NCBI GenBank assembly: GCA_934098435.1
Contig: CAKOOV010000002.1
Span: forward strand, 22,680 to 86,679
Source of the DNA: an uncultured Bacilli bacterium
GTDB taxonomy: Bacteria > Bacillota_I > Bacilli_A > RF39 > UBA660
DNA length: 64,000 bases
Direction: 5' to 3'
Within the stretch, counting starts at the first letter, position 1. Each line of letters begins with the position of its first letter. A program made the position numbers and the translations under genes. This document shows positions 20,221 to 30,431 of the stretch, piece after piece. The notes below the pieces were generated by a model. It did not search any database and was not told where the DNA came from. It saw only the letters and a list, made by a program, of their open reading frames with translations.

Positions 20221-20694
20221 CTATAATATTTTTTTCTTGTTATATGTATTTTCTATTTCTTTATATATATCAATAAAAGCATCACAAGAAGCATTATAAA
20301 AATTAATATTTATATTTAATAATGCTTGTAGTTCAGTAATCGTTCTCTTTAAATACGTAATATAACCATCAAAAATATAATCATCATATTTAAGTATTTC
20401 TTCCATCTCCACCAATCTATCATTTACATATTTAATAATCTTTTCATCATTACATTTTTTCAAAGCAGTTTTAATAATATTTATCTCTTTCTTTATTCTT
20501 TCATTATCAGACATTTTCTCATTCTTAACAGTATATACGTCATCCTCATATCCTTGTAATTTCTTATAATCAATTTTAGATATCTTAGAATAATTAGAGT
20601 ATAATCTTAATAATATTTTCAAATTAATATCATTACTATTAGTAGAATTTAAATAGTCCTTTATAATATCCATCTTAAGATTTGTATCTTCCAT
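20221..20694 (-). CDS. hypothetical protein (about 157 aa from MEDTNLK), first gene of the orphan operon
   Basis: RBS AGAGGTGG before ATG at 20694; own promoter upstream. Confidence 0.55.
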   Translation of the reverse strand: MEDTNLKMDIIKDYLNSTNSNDINLKILLRLYSNYSKISKIDYKKLQGYEDDVYTVKNEKMSDNERIKKEINIIKTALKKCNDEKIIKYVNDRLVEMEEILKYDDYIFDGYITYLKRTITELQALLNININFYNASCDAFIDIYKEIENTYNKKKIL

Positions 20695-20719
20695 AATACC
20701 ACCTCTATAATCTGTCAAA

Positions 20720-20748
20720 ATTATACCATATTCTAGTAAAATATTCAA
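20720..20748 (-). promoter_or_regulatory. sigma-A promoter of the four-gene operon (-35 TTGAAT, 17-nt spacer, -10 TATAAT)
   Basis: Reverse complement of 20743..20748 is TTGAAT and of 20720..20725 is TATAAT. Confidence 0.6.
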
Positions 20749-20749
20749 T

Positions 20750-20778
20750 AAAAAAAGAACAACATACTTTGTTCTTTA
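20750..20778 (-). terminator. rho-independent terminator of glyQS
   Basis: AAGAACAA-aguaug-UUGUUCUU followed by UUUUU. Confidence 0.7.
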
Positions 20779-22155
20779 AAACTTAATCCTATCCTCAATA
20801 TACTTAGTAAGTTCCTCTACTTTAACAGTAGTTTGTTCCATAGTATCCCTATCTCTTATAGTCACTGTACCATTATTAATAGTATCTTCATCAACAGTAA
20901 TACAATAAGGAGTACCAATAGCATCACTTCTTCTATATCTCTTACCAATACTACCAGATTCATCATAACAAGTCATAAAAGATTTAGCAAGCATATTATA
21001 AATTTCCATAGCCTTCTCACTATGATATTTCTTTACTAAAGGAAGAACACATACTTTATATGGTGCTAAATAAGGATATATTTTTAAAACCTCACGAGTA
21101 GTTCCATCATCAAGTACATCTTCATTATATGCATCACAAAGTACTGCAAGCAATAGTCTATCTACACCTACTGAAGGTTCGATAACATAAGGTAAATATT
21201 TTTCATTAGTCTCCGGATCTAAATATCTCATATCCGTTTTAGAATGCTCCTGATGTACAGTCAAATCATAATCAGTACGATCCGCTATTCCCCATAATTC
21301 TCCCCATCCCATAGGATATTTATATTCAATATCTGTAGTAGCTTTGCTATAGAAGACTAATTCTTCTTTAGCATGATCACGATATCTCAAATTCTCTTCT
21401 CTAATACCAATTTCTTTTAAGAAATCTAAGCAATGGGTTTTCCAATAAGAAAACCATTCTAAATCACTACCAGGTTTGCAGAAAAATTCATATTCCATTT
21501 GTTCAAACTCACGAGTTCTAAAAATAAAATTACCAGGAGTTATCTCATTTCTAAAAGCTTTACCAATCTGTCCAATACCAAAAGGTACTTTAGCTCTCAT
21601 ACTTCTTAAAACATTATTAAAGTTAACAAATATACCTTGAGCAGTCTCTCCTCTTAAATAAACCAAACTAGAAGAATCAGAAGTAACACCCATATGTGTT
21701 TCAAATAACAAATTAAATTTACGTATCTTAGTAAAATCACTCTTTCCACATTTAGGACAAGGAATATTATTATCACTAATATACTTTTCTAACTTCTCAT
21801 TATCCCAACCATCACCAGTCTCTTCTCCATGAGTAAACTCTTCTATAAGTTTATCAGCTCTATGTCTAGTTTTACACTTCTTACAATCTATCAAAGGATC
21901 AGAAAAACTAGCAACATGACCAGATGCAACCCATACATTAGGATTCATAAGTATAGCAGCATCAAGACCATAACTATTAACATGTTCCTCAATAAACTTC
22001 TTATGCCATGCCTTCTTAATATTTTCCTTAAGTTCTCTACCTAAAGGACCATAATCCCAAGTATTAGCAAGACCACCATATATCTCACTACCTTGAAATA
22101 TAAAACCATATTGTTTACAAAAATTAACCATTTTATCCATTGTCATATTTTCCAT
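20776..22155 (-). CDS. glyQS: glycyl-tRNA synthetase, dimeric class II type
   Basis: FQGSEIYGGLANTWDYGPLG N-terminal motif; 459 aa. Confidence 0.9.
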   Translation of the reverse strand: MENMTMDKMVNFCKQYGFIFQGSEIYGGLANTWDYGPLGRELKENIKKAWHKKFIEEHVNSYGLDAAILMNPNVWVASGHVASFSDPLIDCKKCKTRHRADKLIEEFTHGEETGDGWDNEKLEKYISDNNIPCPKCGKSDFTKIRKFNLLFETHMGVTSDSSSLVYLRGETAQGIFVNFNNVLRSMRAKVPFGIGQIGKAFRNEITPGNFIFRTREFEQMEYEFFCKPGSDLEWFSYWKTHCLDFLKEIGIREENLRYRDHAKEELVFYSKATTDIEYKYPMGWGELWGIADRTDYDLTVHQEHSKTDMRYLDPETNEKYLPYVIEPSVGVDRLLLAVLCDAYNEDVLDDGTTREVLKIYPYLAPYKVCVLPLVKKYHSEKAMEIYNMLAKSFMTCYDESGSIGKRYRRSDAIGTPYCITVDEDTINNGTVTIRDRDTMEQTTVKVEELTKYIEDRIKF

Positions 22156-22213
22156 TTTATACCTTCTTCCATGTCATATATAATACTATATTTTAAATAT
22201 TTTGTAAATACTA

Positions 22214-23485
22214 CTATTTAATAATTTCATAAATAAGACTACTATTATCATTATTTATATTATCACTAATCTTAAATAACTTATTCTTATCAAATAAAGG
22301 AACATCCTTATTTGTATATAAAGTTAAAATAGTATCATTAATATTAACATAATCATTAATATTTTTATTAATAATAATACCAGCAGAATAATCAATCTTA
22401 TCATCCTTATTCTGACGACCCGCTCCTAAATGCATAGATAACTTAGCAATTTCTAAAGAAGAAATATCCGTCAAATAACCAGAAGTATCACTCTTAATCT
22501 CATATATCATATTACTTTTAGGAAGCTTAGTAATATCACCATGTTGATAAAGTACAAACTCTAAAAACTTATTATAAGCCTTCTTACTTCTAATAGCATC
22601 CAATACCATATCATTAGCTTCTTCATAAGAAATATTCCTTCCTAAGGATACCATATAACTAGCAAGACTAATACATAGTTTTTGTAAATTACTCTCTTTA
22701 TTATAATATAAAGTATTAATAGCCTCTAATACCTCTAAAGAATTACCAACATTATTACCAAGAGGAATATTCATATTAGTAAGAAGACATATAACTTCCA
22801 TACCATTCTCCTTACCTATCTTAATCATAAGATTACCTAATCTTTTAGCGGACTCAATATCTTTAACTAAAGCACCCTCTCCAACTTTAAGATCAATAAC
22901 AAGTTTTTTAGAACCAGAAGCAATCTTTTTACTCATAATCGAAGAAGCAATAAGTGGAATAGATTCCGTCGTACCAGTAACATCCCTAAGAGCATATATT
23001 TTCTTATCAGCCAAAGCAACATCATCAGTTTGACTAGTTATAGCCATACCAATATCTTCAATTTCATGAATAAATTCATCTTTACTAAGATTAGTTCTAA
23101 ACCCAGGTATAGATTCCAATTTATCAATAGTACCACCAGTATATCCAAGTCCCCTACCACTCATCTTAGCCACCTTACATCCACATGCCGCAACAATAGG
23201 AGCAATAATCAAAGTAGTCTTATCACCTACACCACCAGTAGAATGTTTATCAACAACATTATCCAAAAAACTCAAATCAATAGTATTACCAGATAACATC
23301 ATATACTTAGTTAAATAAATAACTTCATTATCAGTCATATCATTAATAGTAATAGCCATAAGTAAAGAAGACATCTGATAGTCACAAATAGAACCATTAG
23401 TAAATCCTTCTACTACATATTTAATTTCTTCCTCTGTAAGTTCCTCTTTATTCTTCTTTTTAAGAATAATATCAATTATATTCAT
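22214..23485 (-). CDS. pdp: pyrimidine-nucleoside (thymidine) phosphorylase
   Basis: HSTGGVGDKTTL and glycosyltransferase family 3 motifs. Confidence 0.85.
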   Translation of the reverse strand: MNIIDIILKKKNKEELTEEEIKYVVEGFTNGSICDYQMSSLLMAITINDMTDNEVIYLTKYMMLSGNTIDLSFLDNVVDKHSTGGVGDKTTLIIAPIVAACGCKVAKMSGRGLGYTGGTIDKLESIPGFRTNLSKDEFIHEIEDIGMAITSQTDDVALADKKIYALRDVTGTTESIPLIASSIMSKKIASGSKKLVIDLKVGEGALVKDIESAKRLGNLMIKIGKENGMEVICLLTNMNIPLGNNVGNSLEVLEAINTLYYNKESNLQKLCISLASYMVSLGRNISYEEANDMVLDAIRSKKAYNKFLEFVLYQHGDITKLPKSNMIYEIKSDTSGYLTDISSLEIAKLSMHLGAGRQNKDDKIDYSAGIIINKNINDYVNINDTILTLYTNKDVPLFDKNKLFKISDNINNDNSSLIYEIIK

Positions 23486-23544
23486 AATACCACTATCCTT
23501 CTATATAATTTTAACATAACATAACCATAAAAACAATTATAAAC

Positions 23545-23572
23545 TCAAAAAAGTGAGCTATAATGCTCACTT
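23545..23572 (-). terminator. rho-independent terminator after the yihY-like gene
   Basis: Perfect 8-bp stem AAGUGAGC/GCUCACUU followed by UUUUU. Confidence 0.65.
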
Positions 23573-23688
23573 AAGCCATATAAGACTTCAAACTAAGGAG
23601 AAAATAGTATTACTACATATAACTACCATAGTCTGTGAAAAGGATACTAAGTAATACTATTAATGTATCCATACATATTATATCACTT

Positions 23689-24516
23689 TTATTTCTTATT
23701 ATACTCTGCAGAATTAATAACAATACCAAGTATCAAAATAAAACTCAAAATATAAAACCAAATAAGAAGCATAATAATACTAGATAAACCACCATATATT
23801 AAATCATATTTAGCAAAATATTTAATATAATAACTAAATATAGCGGTAGCAATAACCCAGCCAACAGTAGTAACAAAAGCTCCTAAAGTAGTACTACTCT
23901 TATCAATTCTATATGAAGGAGCAATAGAATAAATAAGTCTAATATTAAAGAAAATAAATAAGAAAGTAATAGGCCATTTAATAGCCTTATATATAAGAAG
24001 TATATTTTCTACTACCTTATTCAAAGATTCATATCTTCCTAATAACAATATAATCTTATCACCAAGCATAGGAACTAAAATAAGGAAAAGAATAGCCATT
24101 ATAATAATAAGTAATATTAGAAAAGCCCTAAATCTATCTTTAATTTGTGAAGAATTCGGGGTTTTATACAAATCATTAGAAGCACTAACAATAGCATACA
24201 TACCATTAGCGGCAGCAATAAAAGTAAAAATATTTAAAACACCAACTGAAATATCAAAATCCTTACCAGAAATAACTCCCACTACAATATCACTAGCATA
24301 ACTAGGTAAAAATTCATTAATAAGACTAATAACACTATCAATAGATATCGAAAAATAACTAGCCACTATAACAATAATAGTAGCAATAGGAATAATAGCC
24401 AAAACAAAACTATATGCTAAGTAAGCAGGTAAAATTCTAAGTTCTTTTAAACTTAGAATTTTAATAAGCTTACTAAAATACCTTTTAACACTTTTTAAAG
24501 ACATAATATCACTCAC
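23689..24516 (-). CDS. YihY/BrkB (ribonuclease BN-like) family integral membrane protein
   Basis: 6 TM helices; family-typical N-terminal region. Confidence 0.7.
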   Translation of the reverse strand: MSDIMSLKSVKRYFSKLIKILSLKELRILPAYLAYSFVLAIIPIATIIVIVASYFSISIDSVISLINEFLPSYASDIVVGVISGKDFDISVGVLNIFTFIAAANGMYAIVSASNDLYKTPNSSQIKDRFRAFLILLIIIMAILFLILVPMLGDKIILLLGRYESLNKVVENILLIYKAIKWPITFLFIFFNIRLIYSIAPSYRIDKSSTTLGAFVTTVGWVIATAIFSYYIKYFAKYDLIYGGLSSIIMLLIWFYILSFILILGIVINSAEYNKK

Positions 24517-26534
24517 TTACTATTTTTTTTATTATTCTTCATATCAAGAATAGCTTCATTAATAGCATCATCAACAGTTTTAACATCATCCATTATCATA
24601 CTATAACCAACAGAAGCCCCAAAACCATAAGGAAGTTCCTTTAATTCTTTATATATTCTTCTAGTATAATTAACAACATCTTTTTCACTATAGCCAACCA
24701 TATATATTAAGAATTCATTACCATCAGTTCTAATAACATCAGTATTAGGTTCTTGATTAACAATCAAAATACTAGCGGCCTTTTTAATAATAATATCTCC
24801 CTCTTCATGACCATGACTATCATTAATATCCTTAAGATTATTAAGATCAATTACTACAAATGCCTGAGGATAAATAACATTATCATCCCATTCTTTAATC
24901 TTACAATTCAAATAAAGCCTATTTTTTAAAGAAGTCATAGAATCAACATATTTAAGCTTTTCATTATTCTTAACAATCTTTTCATTATTCTTTTTCTTTT
25001 TAATAATAATAATCAAAGCAAAAATAACAAGTACCAAGACAACACTACTTAAAAAAATCAAAAGAAGATTAAAATCATGTATATTAGAATTAATATTATA
25101 ATCATAACGCACAGTATTATAACTCATAGTGGATACATAATAACAAAACATATCCGCAAATATCTTATTCTTATTAACATTCCTAATAACAAAAGAATAA
25201 TCATTATTTAAAGTACCAGTATATAACACATAAAAATCACTAAATTTAGTATTCCTATAATACTCATACATATCCTTATCAATAACAAAAATATTATTAC
25301 CAATATGTTTAATAAATTCAGAAGAATTATCATAAAGTGTATATTTAATACCATTACTAGTAAGTAAATCATTAATAAAAGTACCATTTATTGTAGTAAC
25401 TTCCCTATTTTTTAAGCTCTTAATAGAATCAATAGTAAACTTATCTTTAGATAGAACAACATACTCCTCTTCAAATAAAGAAGGTGTATTAATAATATCA
25501 ATATTCATATTTTTAGTATTAAAATTAGCAAAAGCTAAATCAACTTCTCCATGAGACAAAGCAGTCTTAAGCTCATTAACACTATTATATCTATATAATT
25601 TAAAATCAACATCATAAATATCTTCAAATCCACTCAAATAATTAGATAAAGTACCAACAAATTCCGATGATTCTCCACCAGAATAAGGCATATAATCAAT
25701 ATAGCCAACGACATATTGTGAAGAATTATATCCAATCTTATCAACATCACTAATCTTCTTATCAAGAAAATATTCCGCTAAAAAATGTTTCTTATAAGAA
25801 TCAACCTGACTATCTTTACCATATAAATTATAAAATTTTTTCATTATATTTAAGAAAGTCTTATCATTAATAGTTAAAACATATTTCTTATAAATATCAT
25901 TAAAATGAAAAAGTATATTAAAGTTATTTTCTAATATATAATCAACATACATATTATAAGGAATAATAGCAAAGCACTTATCATCCTTTTTCATATCAGT
26001 AACAATATCTTCAATATTTTCCTTACTTGTAAAAGAAACATTCTTAGCATCAGACAAATAATTAGAAACAATACCAATATCTGACGATAATAACAAAACA
26101 TTCATATTAGTAATATCCTCTATTTTATCGACTGAATCATTCTTATTAGAAATAAGTACATATTTATCTTCATATAGTAAAATATCATTTTTACTAATAC
26201 TAGCATTACTATCAACAACATGAAAAGCACTATCTTTAAAACTAGTAGAATCATTAGCTAAATAAGATATTTTATTAAAATTAATACCATATTTTTCCGA
26301 AAAACTATCAAGTAAATCAAAAGATACACCACTACCATTTTTACCATATACTGGAATATCATTATAAATACTCACATCTATTACACTATTAGCATTATCA
26401 TTAATCCACTTTTTTTCCAATATTGAAAAACTAGAATCATCTTTACTATAATTAAGTATAAATACCACTAATAAAGATACAAAAATAATACCAGCTAATG
26501 CCAAAACAATTACTTTATTATTTCTTTTTTTCAT
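24513..26534 (-). CDS. membrane sensor protein with extracytoplasmic tandem solute-binding-like domains, TM helix and a C-terminal GGDEF domain carrying a degenerate DGNEF motif
   Basis: GGDEF-domain conserved blocks (DSMTSLKNR, VVIDLNNLKDINDSHGHEEGD, RTDGNEF). Confidence 0.8.
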   Translation of the reverse strand: MKKRNNKVIVLALAGIIFVSLLVVFILNYSKDDSSFSILEKKWINDNANSVIDVSIYNDIPVYGKNGSGVSFDLLDSFSEKYGINFNKISYLANDSTSFKDSAFHVVDSNASISKNDILLYEDKYVLISNKNDSVDKIEDITNMNVLLLSSDIGIVSNYLSDAKNVSFTSKENIEDIVTDMKKDDKCFAIIPYNMYVDYILENNFNILFHFNDIYKKYVLTINDKTFLNIMKKFYNLYGKDSQVDSYKKHFLAEYFLDKKISDVDKIGYNSSQYVVGYIDYMPYSGGESSEFVGTLSNYLSGFEDIYDVDFKLYRYNSVNELKTALSHGEVDLAFANFNTKNMNIDIINTPSLFEEEYVVLSKDKFTIDSIKSLKNREVTTINGTFINDLLTSNGIKYTLYDNSSEFIKHIGNNIFVIDKDMYEYYRNTKFSDFYVLYTGTLNNDYSFVIRNVNKNKIFADMFCYYVSTMSYNTVRYDYNINSNIHDFNLLLIFLSSVVLVLVIFALIIIIKKKKNNEKIVKNNEKLKYVDSMTSLKNRLYLNCKIKEWDDNVIYPQAFVVIDLNNLKDINDSHGHEEGDIIIKKAASILIVNQEPNTDVIRTDGNEFLIYMVGYSEKDVVNYTRRIYKELKELPYGFGASVGYSMIMDDVKTVDDAINEAILDMKNNKKNSK

Positions 26535-26544
26535 ATTAGTTCAC

Positions 26545-27006
26545 CTAACTCTTTACCCATGATATAGCTTCAAGATTATGATGCTTATTGCCAGTAATTA
26601 CAGTATTATTCTCTTCACCTTTCCATTCCAAAAAGAACGAAAAATCATAAAAAGACAATTCATCTTTACTATAATTATCTAAAGTATTAGAAGCGATTTC
26701 TTTAGCTTTGTCAACACTAGTATCATCCTTTAAAACAATAGTTGTATAAACAATCTTTCCCTGTAATCTAATACTAACATCAGTAACTAAATCAGTATTC
26801 TTAACCTCTTCTTTTACTTCATTATAAGTCTTATCTTCAATCTTAACCTTATCAATACCATCTAATCTATCACCATATTTATTAGAAGAACCACCTAATA
26901 ACAATTCTAGTGTTATAATCAAAAGTATTATAAATAATATAATAGCAAGTCCTACTATCGTAGCTAAACCTTTATTTTTCTTAGCCCAATCTTTAATCTT
27001 ATTCAT
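26545..27006 (-). CDS. hypothetical membrane-anchored protein
   Basis: N-terminal TM; apparently co-operonic with the GGDEF gene. Confidence 0.5.
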   Translation of the reverse strand: MNKIKDWAKKNKGLATIVGLAIILFIILLIITLELLLGGSSNKYGDRLDGIDKVKIEDKTYNEVKEEVKNTDLVTDVSIRLQGKIVYTTIVLKDDTSVDKAKEIASNTLDNYSKDELSFYDFSFFLEWKGEENNTVITGNKHHNLEAISWVKS

Positions 27007-27232
27007 CTCAACTCTCCTTCTTATTAATATAAATATATTATACTATAAAGATAAATATTTATCAAGATAATTAAAACTATTTTATTATCGCCTCACACTT
27101 CATTGTTCGTCGTTTTCTAATGCCTAAAGTCATTAGAAAAAAATTTTATAATAAATTTTAATAAATATTACAATTTTATTAAAAAATTAGTGTTTATATA
27201 TATGAGGAGGTAAAATATAGAAGGGAGTATTA

Positions 27233-28123
27233 ATGATAGATGTAAGAGATAAGATAAGAATATGTAATGATGTAGTATTTAAAAGTATATTCTTAAAAGA
27301 AAGAGATGCTCTAATAACGATGATTTATGATATTACTGGTATTAATGAAAAGATAAATAAAGATGAAATAATTACTGGTTATGAATTAGAGCCATATACT
27401 ATAAAAGGTAAAGTTAATAGAAGTGATATGTTAATAGGAATAGGAAAGAATAATTATCTAAATGTTGAAATTAATTATAAACACGAAAGAAATGTTATTG
27501 CAAGAAATATGATTCAACTATTTAGAATAACTAATCAAGTAGTGGAATCTGGTATGACTGATAAAGAGTTAAGTCTTAAGATGGTAGGACAATTGAATTT
27601 AAATACTTTTAGAAATTCAAATAATAAGATAATACAAATAGGAGCTTATGCTGATTTAGATACTGGAAGAGAACTTGATTATGGAGTAATAAAAATATGG
27701 AACTTAGATATTGAAAAATGTTATAAAATGTTGTATAATAATACTGAAAAGATTAAATATGCAACAAAAATGGAAAGATGGGGAGCAATACTATATTGTA
27801 GTATAAATAATATAGAATTAATATCCCAATTGTTAGGAGATGATCTTTTGACTATGGAAGCAAAAGAAAAGTTTATAGTAAAAATTAAAGATGCTAATAG
27901 TAGTGATAGAATAATACAAGATTGGATGGTAGAAGAGAATAATCGTCTTCGTCTTGAAGGACAACTTGCTTATGCTAAAGATGAAGGCACCTTACAAGGC
28001 ATTGAAACAAAAACTATAGATGTTATTCGAAGTATGTTAAAGAAAAACATTGATTATAATACAATATCTGAGATAACTAATAAAAGTATTGAAGAGATAA
28101 AAGAAATAGAAAAAAATATTTAA
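27233..28123 (+). CDS. Rpn/YhgA-like PD-(D/E)XK recombination-promoting nuclease / putative transposase (Transposase_31 family)
   Basis: N-terminal FKSIF motif; D...EINYK core; C-terminal EGxxQGIExK DUF4351-like motif. Confidence 0.6.
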   Translation: MIDVRDKIRICNDVVFKSIFLKERDALITMIYDITGINEKINKDEIITGYELEPYTIKGKVNRSDMLIGIGKNNYLNVEINYKHERNVIARNMIQLFRITNQVVESGMTDKELSLKMVGQLNLNTFRNSNNKIIQIGAYADLDTGRELDYGVIKIWNLDIEKCYKMLYNNTEKIKYATKMERWGAILYCSINNIELISQLLGDDLLTMEAKEKFIVKIKDANSSDRIIQDWMVEENNRLRLEGQLAYAKDEGTLQGIETKTIDVIRSMLKKNIDYNTISEITNKSIEEIKEIEKNI

Positions 28124-28147
28124 TAATAATTTAAATATTTTACCCCT

Positions 28148-28176
28148 CAAAAGTAGACCATGTCTACTTTTTATTA
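28148..28176. terminator. bidirectional terminator (Rpn-like gene and minus-strand 111-aa gene)
   Basis: AGUAGAC-CAUG-GUCUACU then UUUUU. Confidence 0.65.
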
Positions 28177-28186
28177 AATATAAATA

Positions 28187-28522
28187 TTAATCCTCTACCA
28201 ATTTACTAGCCACTTTAAACATACCTTCTATACCTTTTTTTAAAAAAGAATTAACTTTAAAAGAAACTTTATTAGTACCAGTAGTAAGTCTAGAAGTATA
28301 ATCCTTAGTAGTATTTACAACATAATCCTCCATAAGTACATCCTTTCCATCTTTCAAATCCTTTTCAAACCTTTCCATAGATTCTTTAGTCATAACAGTT
28401 TTATTACGAAGATTATATTCATAATAACCACTTTCTTCTATAACATAACTAATAATAAATATAATAAATATAAGTCCAAATATAAATTTAATTATCTTCT
28501 TTTTATTCATTTCCATCACCAT
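28187..28522 (-). CDS. hypothetical small membrane protein
   Basis: N-terminal TM; overlaps the spoIIP 3' end by 20 nt. Confidence 0.45.
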   Translation of the reverse strand: MVMEMNKKKIIKFIFGLIFIIFIISYVIEESGYYEYNLRNKTVMTKESMERFEKDLKDGKDVLMEDYVVNTTKDYTSRLTTGTNKVSFKVNSFLKKGIEGMFKVASKLVED

Positions 28523-29528
28523 TTATAAGATAATTAAAAATATTAGAAAGAGCCTCTGTAGTATTAAGAACCTCATCAATATTATTATAAACACCACCAA
28601 CTTCAATAAGTACTGAATTAGGACTTATATCCTGATTATAAATACCATCAACCCCTTCTCCCTCTTTCTTTAAAATACCTTTAGATAATCCTGGATAATA
28701 TTTATTACTAATATTATTTATTCTTTCCGCTATATCCAAATTACTTTTATAGTTATCATGCTCTAATCCTACTACAAATAATATTCTTGCATAATTCTTA
28801 CCATTAATATTAGTAGTACTGCTATTCTTACTAACAGAATCCCTATGAATATCAACAAAATATTTAATAGAAGAATACTTATTTTTTTTATCTAAAATAA
28901 ATATTCTTGATGCCTTATAACTACTAGCATGATTCCATCCATTCATATTTAAAAATTCCGTCAAATTAGCATCCTCTACTATCGTAGATAATCCCCTACT
29001 GTTAAGTTTTTCTTTAAGTAAATATGAAGCCATAAGAACATTAGGAGTAATACCATATACATCCAAATTAGTATTATCATAATTCTCAAGCTGATGAGAA
29101 TTATAAATGTAAATAATAGGATTATCAATATCAACAGGATTAGGATCTTCCATATAAGAACTAACTTTTTTAAGTTCTTCAAGATTACTATAATCATCAT
29201 TATGCATAAGAGAAACAGTCTTATCATTATCACCATACATAAAAATACCACTATCAAGTATACTCTTAGGATTACTAATATCAATATTAAATAAAAAATT
29301 AGTACTAGAATTAACAATATTAATCATCTTATAATCCGTCATCATATGACTATTTCCACCACCAAGTAAAAACTTAATAAACTTAGTATTATCAATCTTC
29401 TTACTATTGTTTAAAGAATAATAAAAAGTAATAGAAAAAATAGTATAAATAATTATCATATATAAAATATTTTTTCTAATAAATCTTCCATATTTTTTCT
29501 TAGAAGATTTAAGCTTCATCTTACCCAT
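28503..29528 (-). CDS. spoIIP: stage II sporulation protein P (SpoIIP family)
   Basis: IYIYNSHQLE, DIHRD, ARILFVVG and NQDISPNSVLIEVGGV motifs. Confidence 0.75.
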   Translation of the reverse strand: MGKMKLKSSKKKYGRFIRKNILYMIIIYTIFSITFYYSLNNSKKIDNTKFIKFLLGGGNSHMMTDYKMINIVNSSTNFLFNIDISNPKSILDSGIFMYGDNDKTVSLMHNDDYSNLEELKKVSSYMEDPNPVDIDNPIIYIYNSHQLENYDNTNLDVYGITPNVLMASYLLKEKLNSRGLSTIVEDANLTEFLNMNGWNHASSYKASRIFILDKKNKYSSIKYFVDIHRDSVSKNSSTTNINGKNYARILFVVGLEHDNYKSNLDIAERINNISNKYYPGLSKGILKKEGEGVDGIYNQDISPNSVLIEVGGVYNNIDEVLNTTEALSNIFNYLINGDGNE

Positions 29529-29576
29529 TAACCATCACCACTATTAGTATATATTAGTAGTAGTTAAATATATGTC

Positions 29577-29604
29577 GAAAAAATAGACATATCACTATGT
29601 CTAT
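29577..29604 (-). terminator. rho-independent terminator
   Basis: Perfect 9-bp stem AUAGACAUA/UAUGUCUAU then UUUUUU. Confidence 0.65.
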
Positions 29605-30431
29605 TGTAAATCCAATCTAAAATTTTTAAGTTCATCAATAAATTCATCAGTTTCTTCATCTTCAGTAATATTATATATCTTATCTTTCACTTTAAGAAGT
29701 TCATCGTAACTAATAATAGCCTCTTCTTCCTGTTTTTTCTCATACTCTGTAAGTTCTATATTAGAAGGCTTAACATCTTTTTCCATTCTAGAAACAACAT
29801 CTCCAGCAAAACGCATACTATCATTAACATCATACACATCTTCCATACTTTCAAGTGGTGATAAACCATCCTCGCCTAAATCTATACCATTAATATCTAA
29901 ACCATCATTATAATCATTAAAAGTAGTATCAGAAGAATCTTCCTTTTTAACTATGTTAATAGGGGAAGTTTGTCCCCTAGTATTCATCTCTCTAAGTACA
30001 TTCTTCTTATATGGTCCATTTACATCTTGAATATTATCTTTTATCACTTTTGTTTCATTAACTATTGGTTTAATCTCATTAACCATTTGAATATCATTCA
30101 TAGGTTCATCTTTTACTACTTCTTTCACTTCAGTTAAATAAGTAGTATCATCTTCTAATATTTTATCTTCTTTAGTAGGAGTATTACTAACCACAGGTAT
30201 TTCTTTATTTTCTATTGAAATATCCTCATCTATAGTATTAACATCATTCCTATTTTCCTTTAATAACTTAATAAGTTTTTTATTTTTAAGATATAAAACA
30301 ATAAGTAAAAATATTAAAAATATAAATAAAAAAGCAACTATCCAAAAGAAAAACAAACCATTTGAAGACAAATTATTATAAAAATCATTAAATGAATTAA
30401 GTAAATTCATATTACTCACCTCTACTACCAT
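29601..30431 (-). CDS. hypothetical acidic membrane-anchored protein
   Basis: N-terminal TM; D/E-rich. Confidence 0.5.
   Translation of the reverse strand: MVVEVSNMNLLNSFNDFYNNLSSNGLFFFWIVAFLFIFLIFLLIVLYLKNKKLIKLLKENRNDVNTIDEDISIENKEIPVVSNTPTKEDKILEDDTTYLTEVKEVVKDEPMNDIQMVNEIKPIVNETKVIKDNIQDVNGPYKKNVLREMNTRGQTSPINIVKKEDSSDTTFNDYNDGLDINGIDLGEDGLSPLESMEDVYDVNDSMRFAGDVVSRMEKDVKPSNIELTEYEKKQEEEAIISYDELLKVKDKIYNITEDEETDEFIDELKNFRLDLQ

Noticed and set aside
22156-22213. T-box leaders upstream of glyQS, hisS (48385) and trpS (40772..40856), as is common in Bacillota
   Set aside because: The upstream intergenic spaces are only about 60, 3 and 85 nt, too short for a T-box. Only thrS has a recognisable T-box.
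27113-27145. Hairpin TTCTAATG-N8-CATTAGAA as a terminator
   Set aside because: It lies in a divergent promoter region with no upstream gene on either strand to terminate. It is retained only as part of the Rpn-associated observation.
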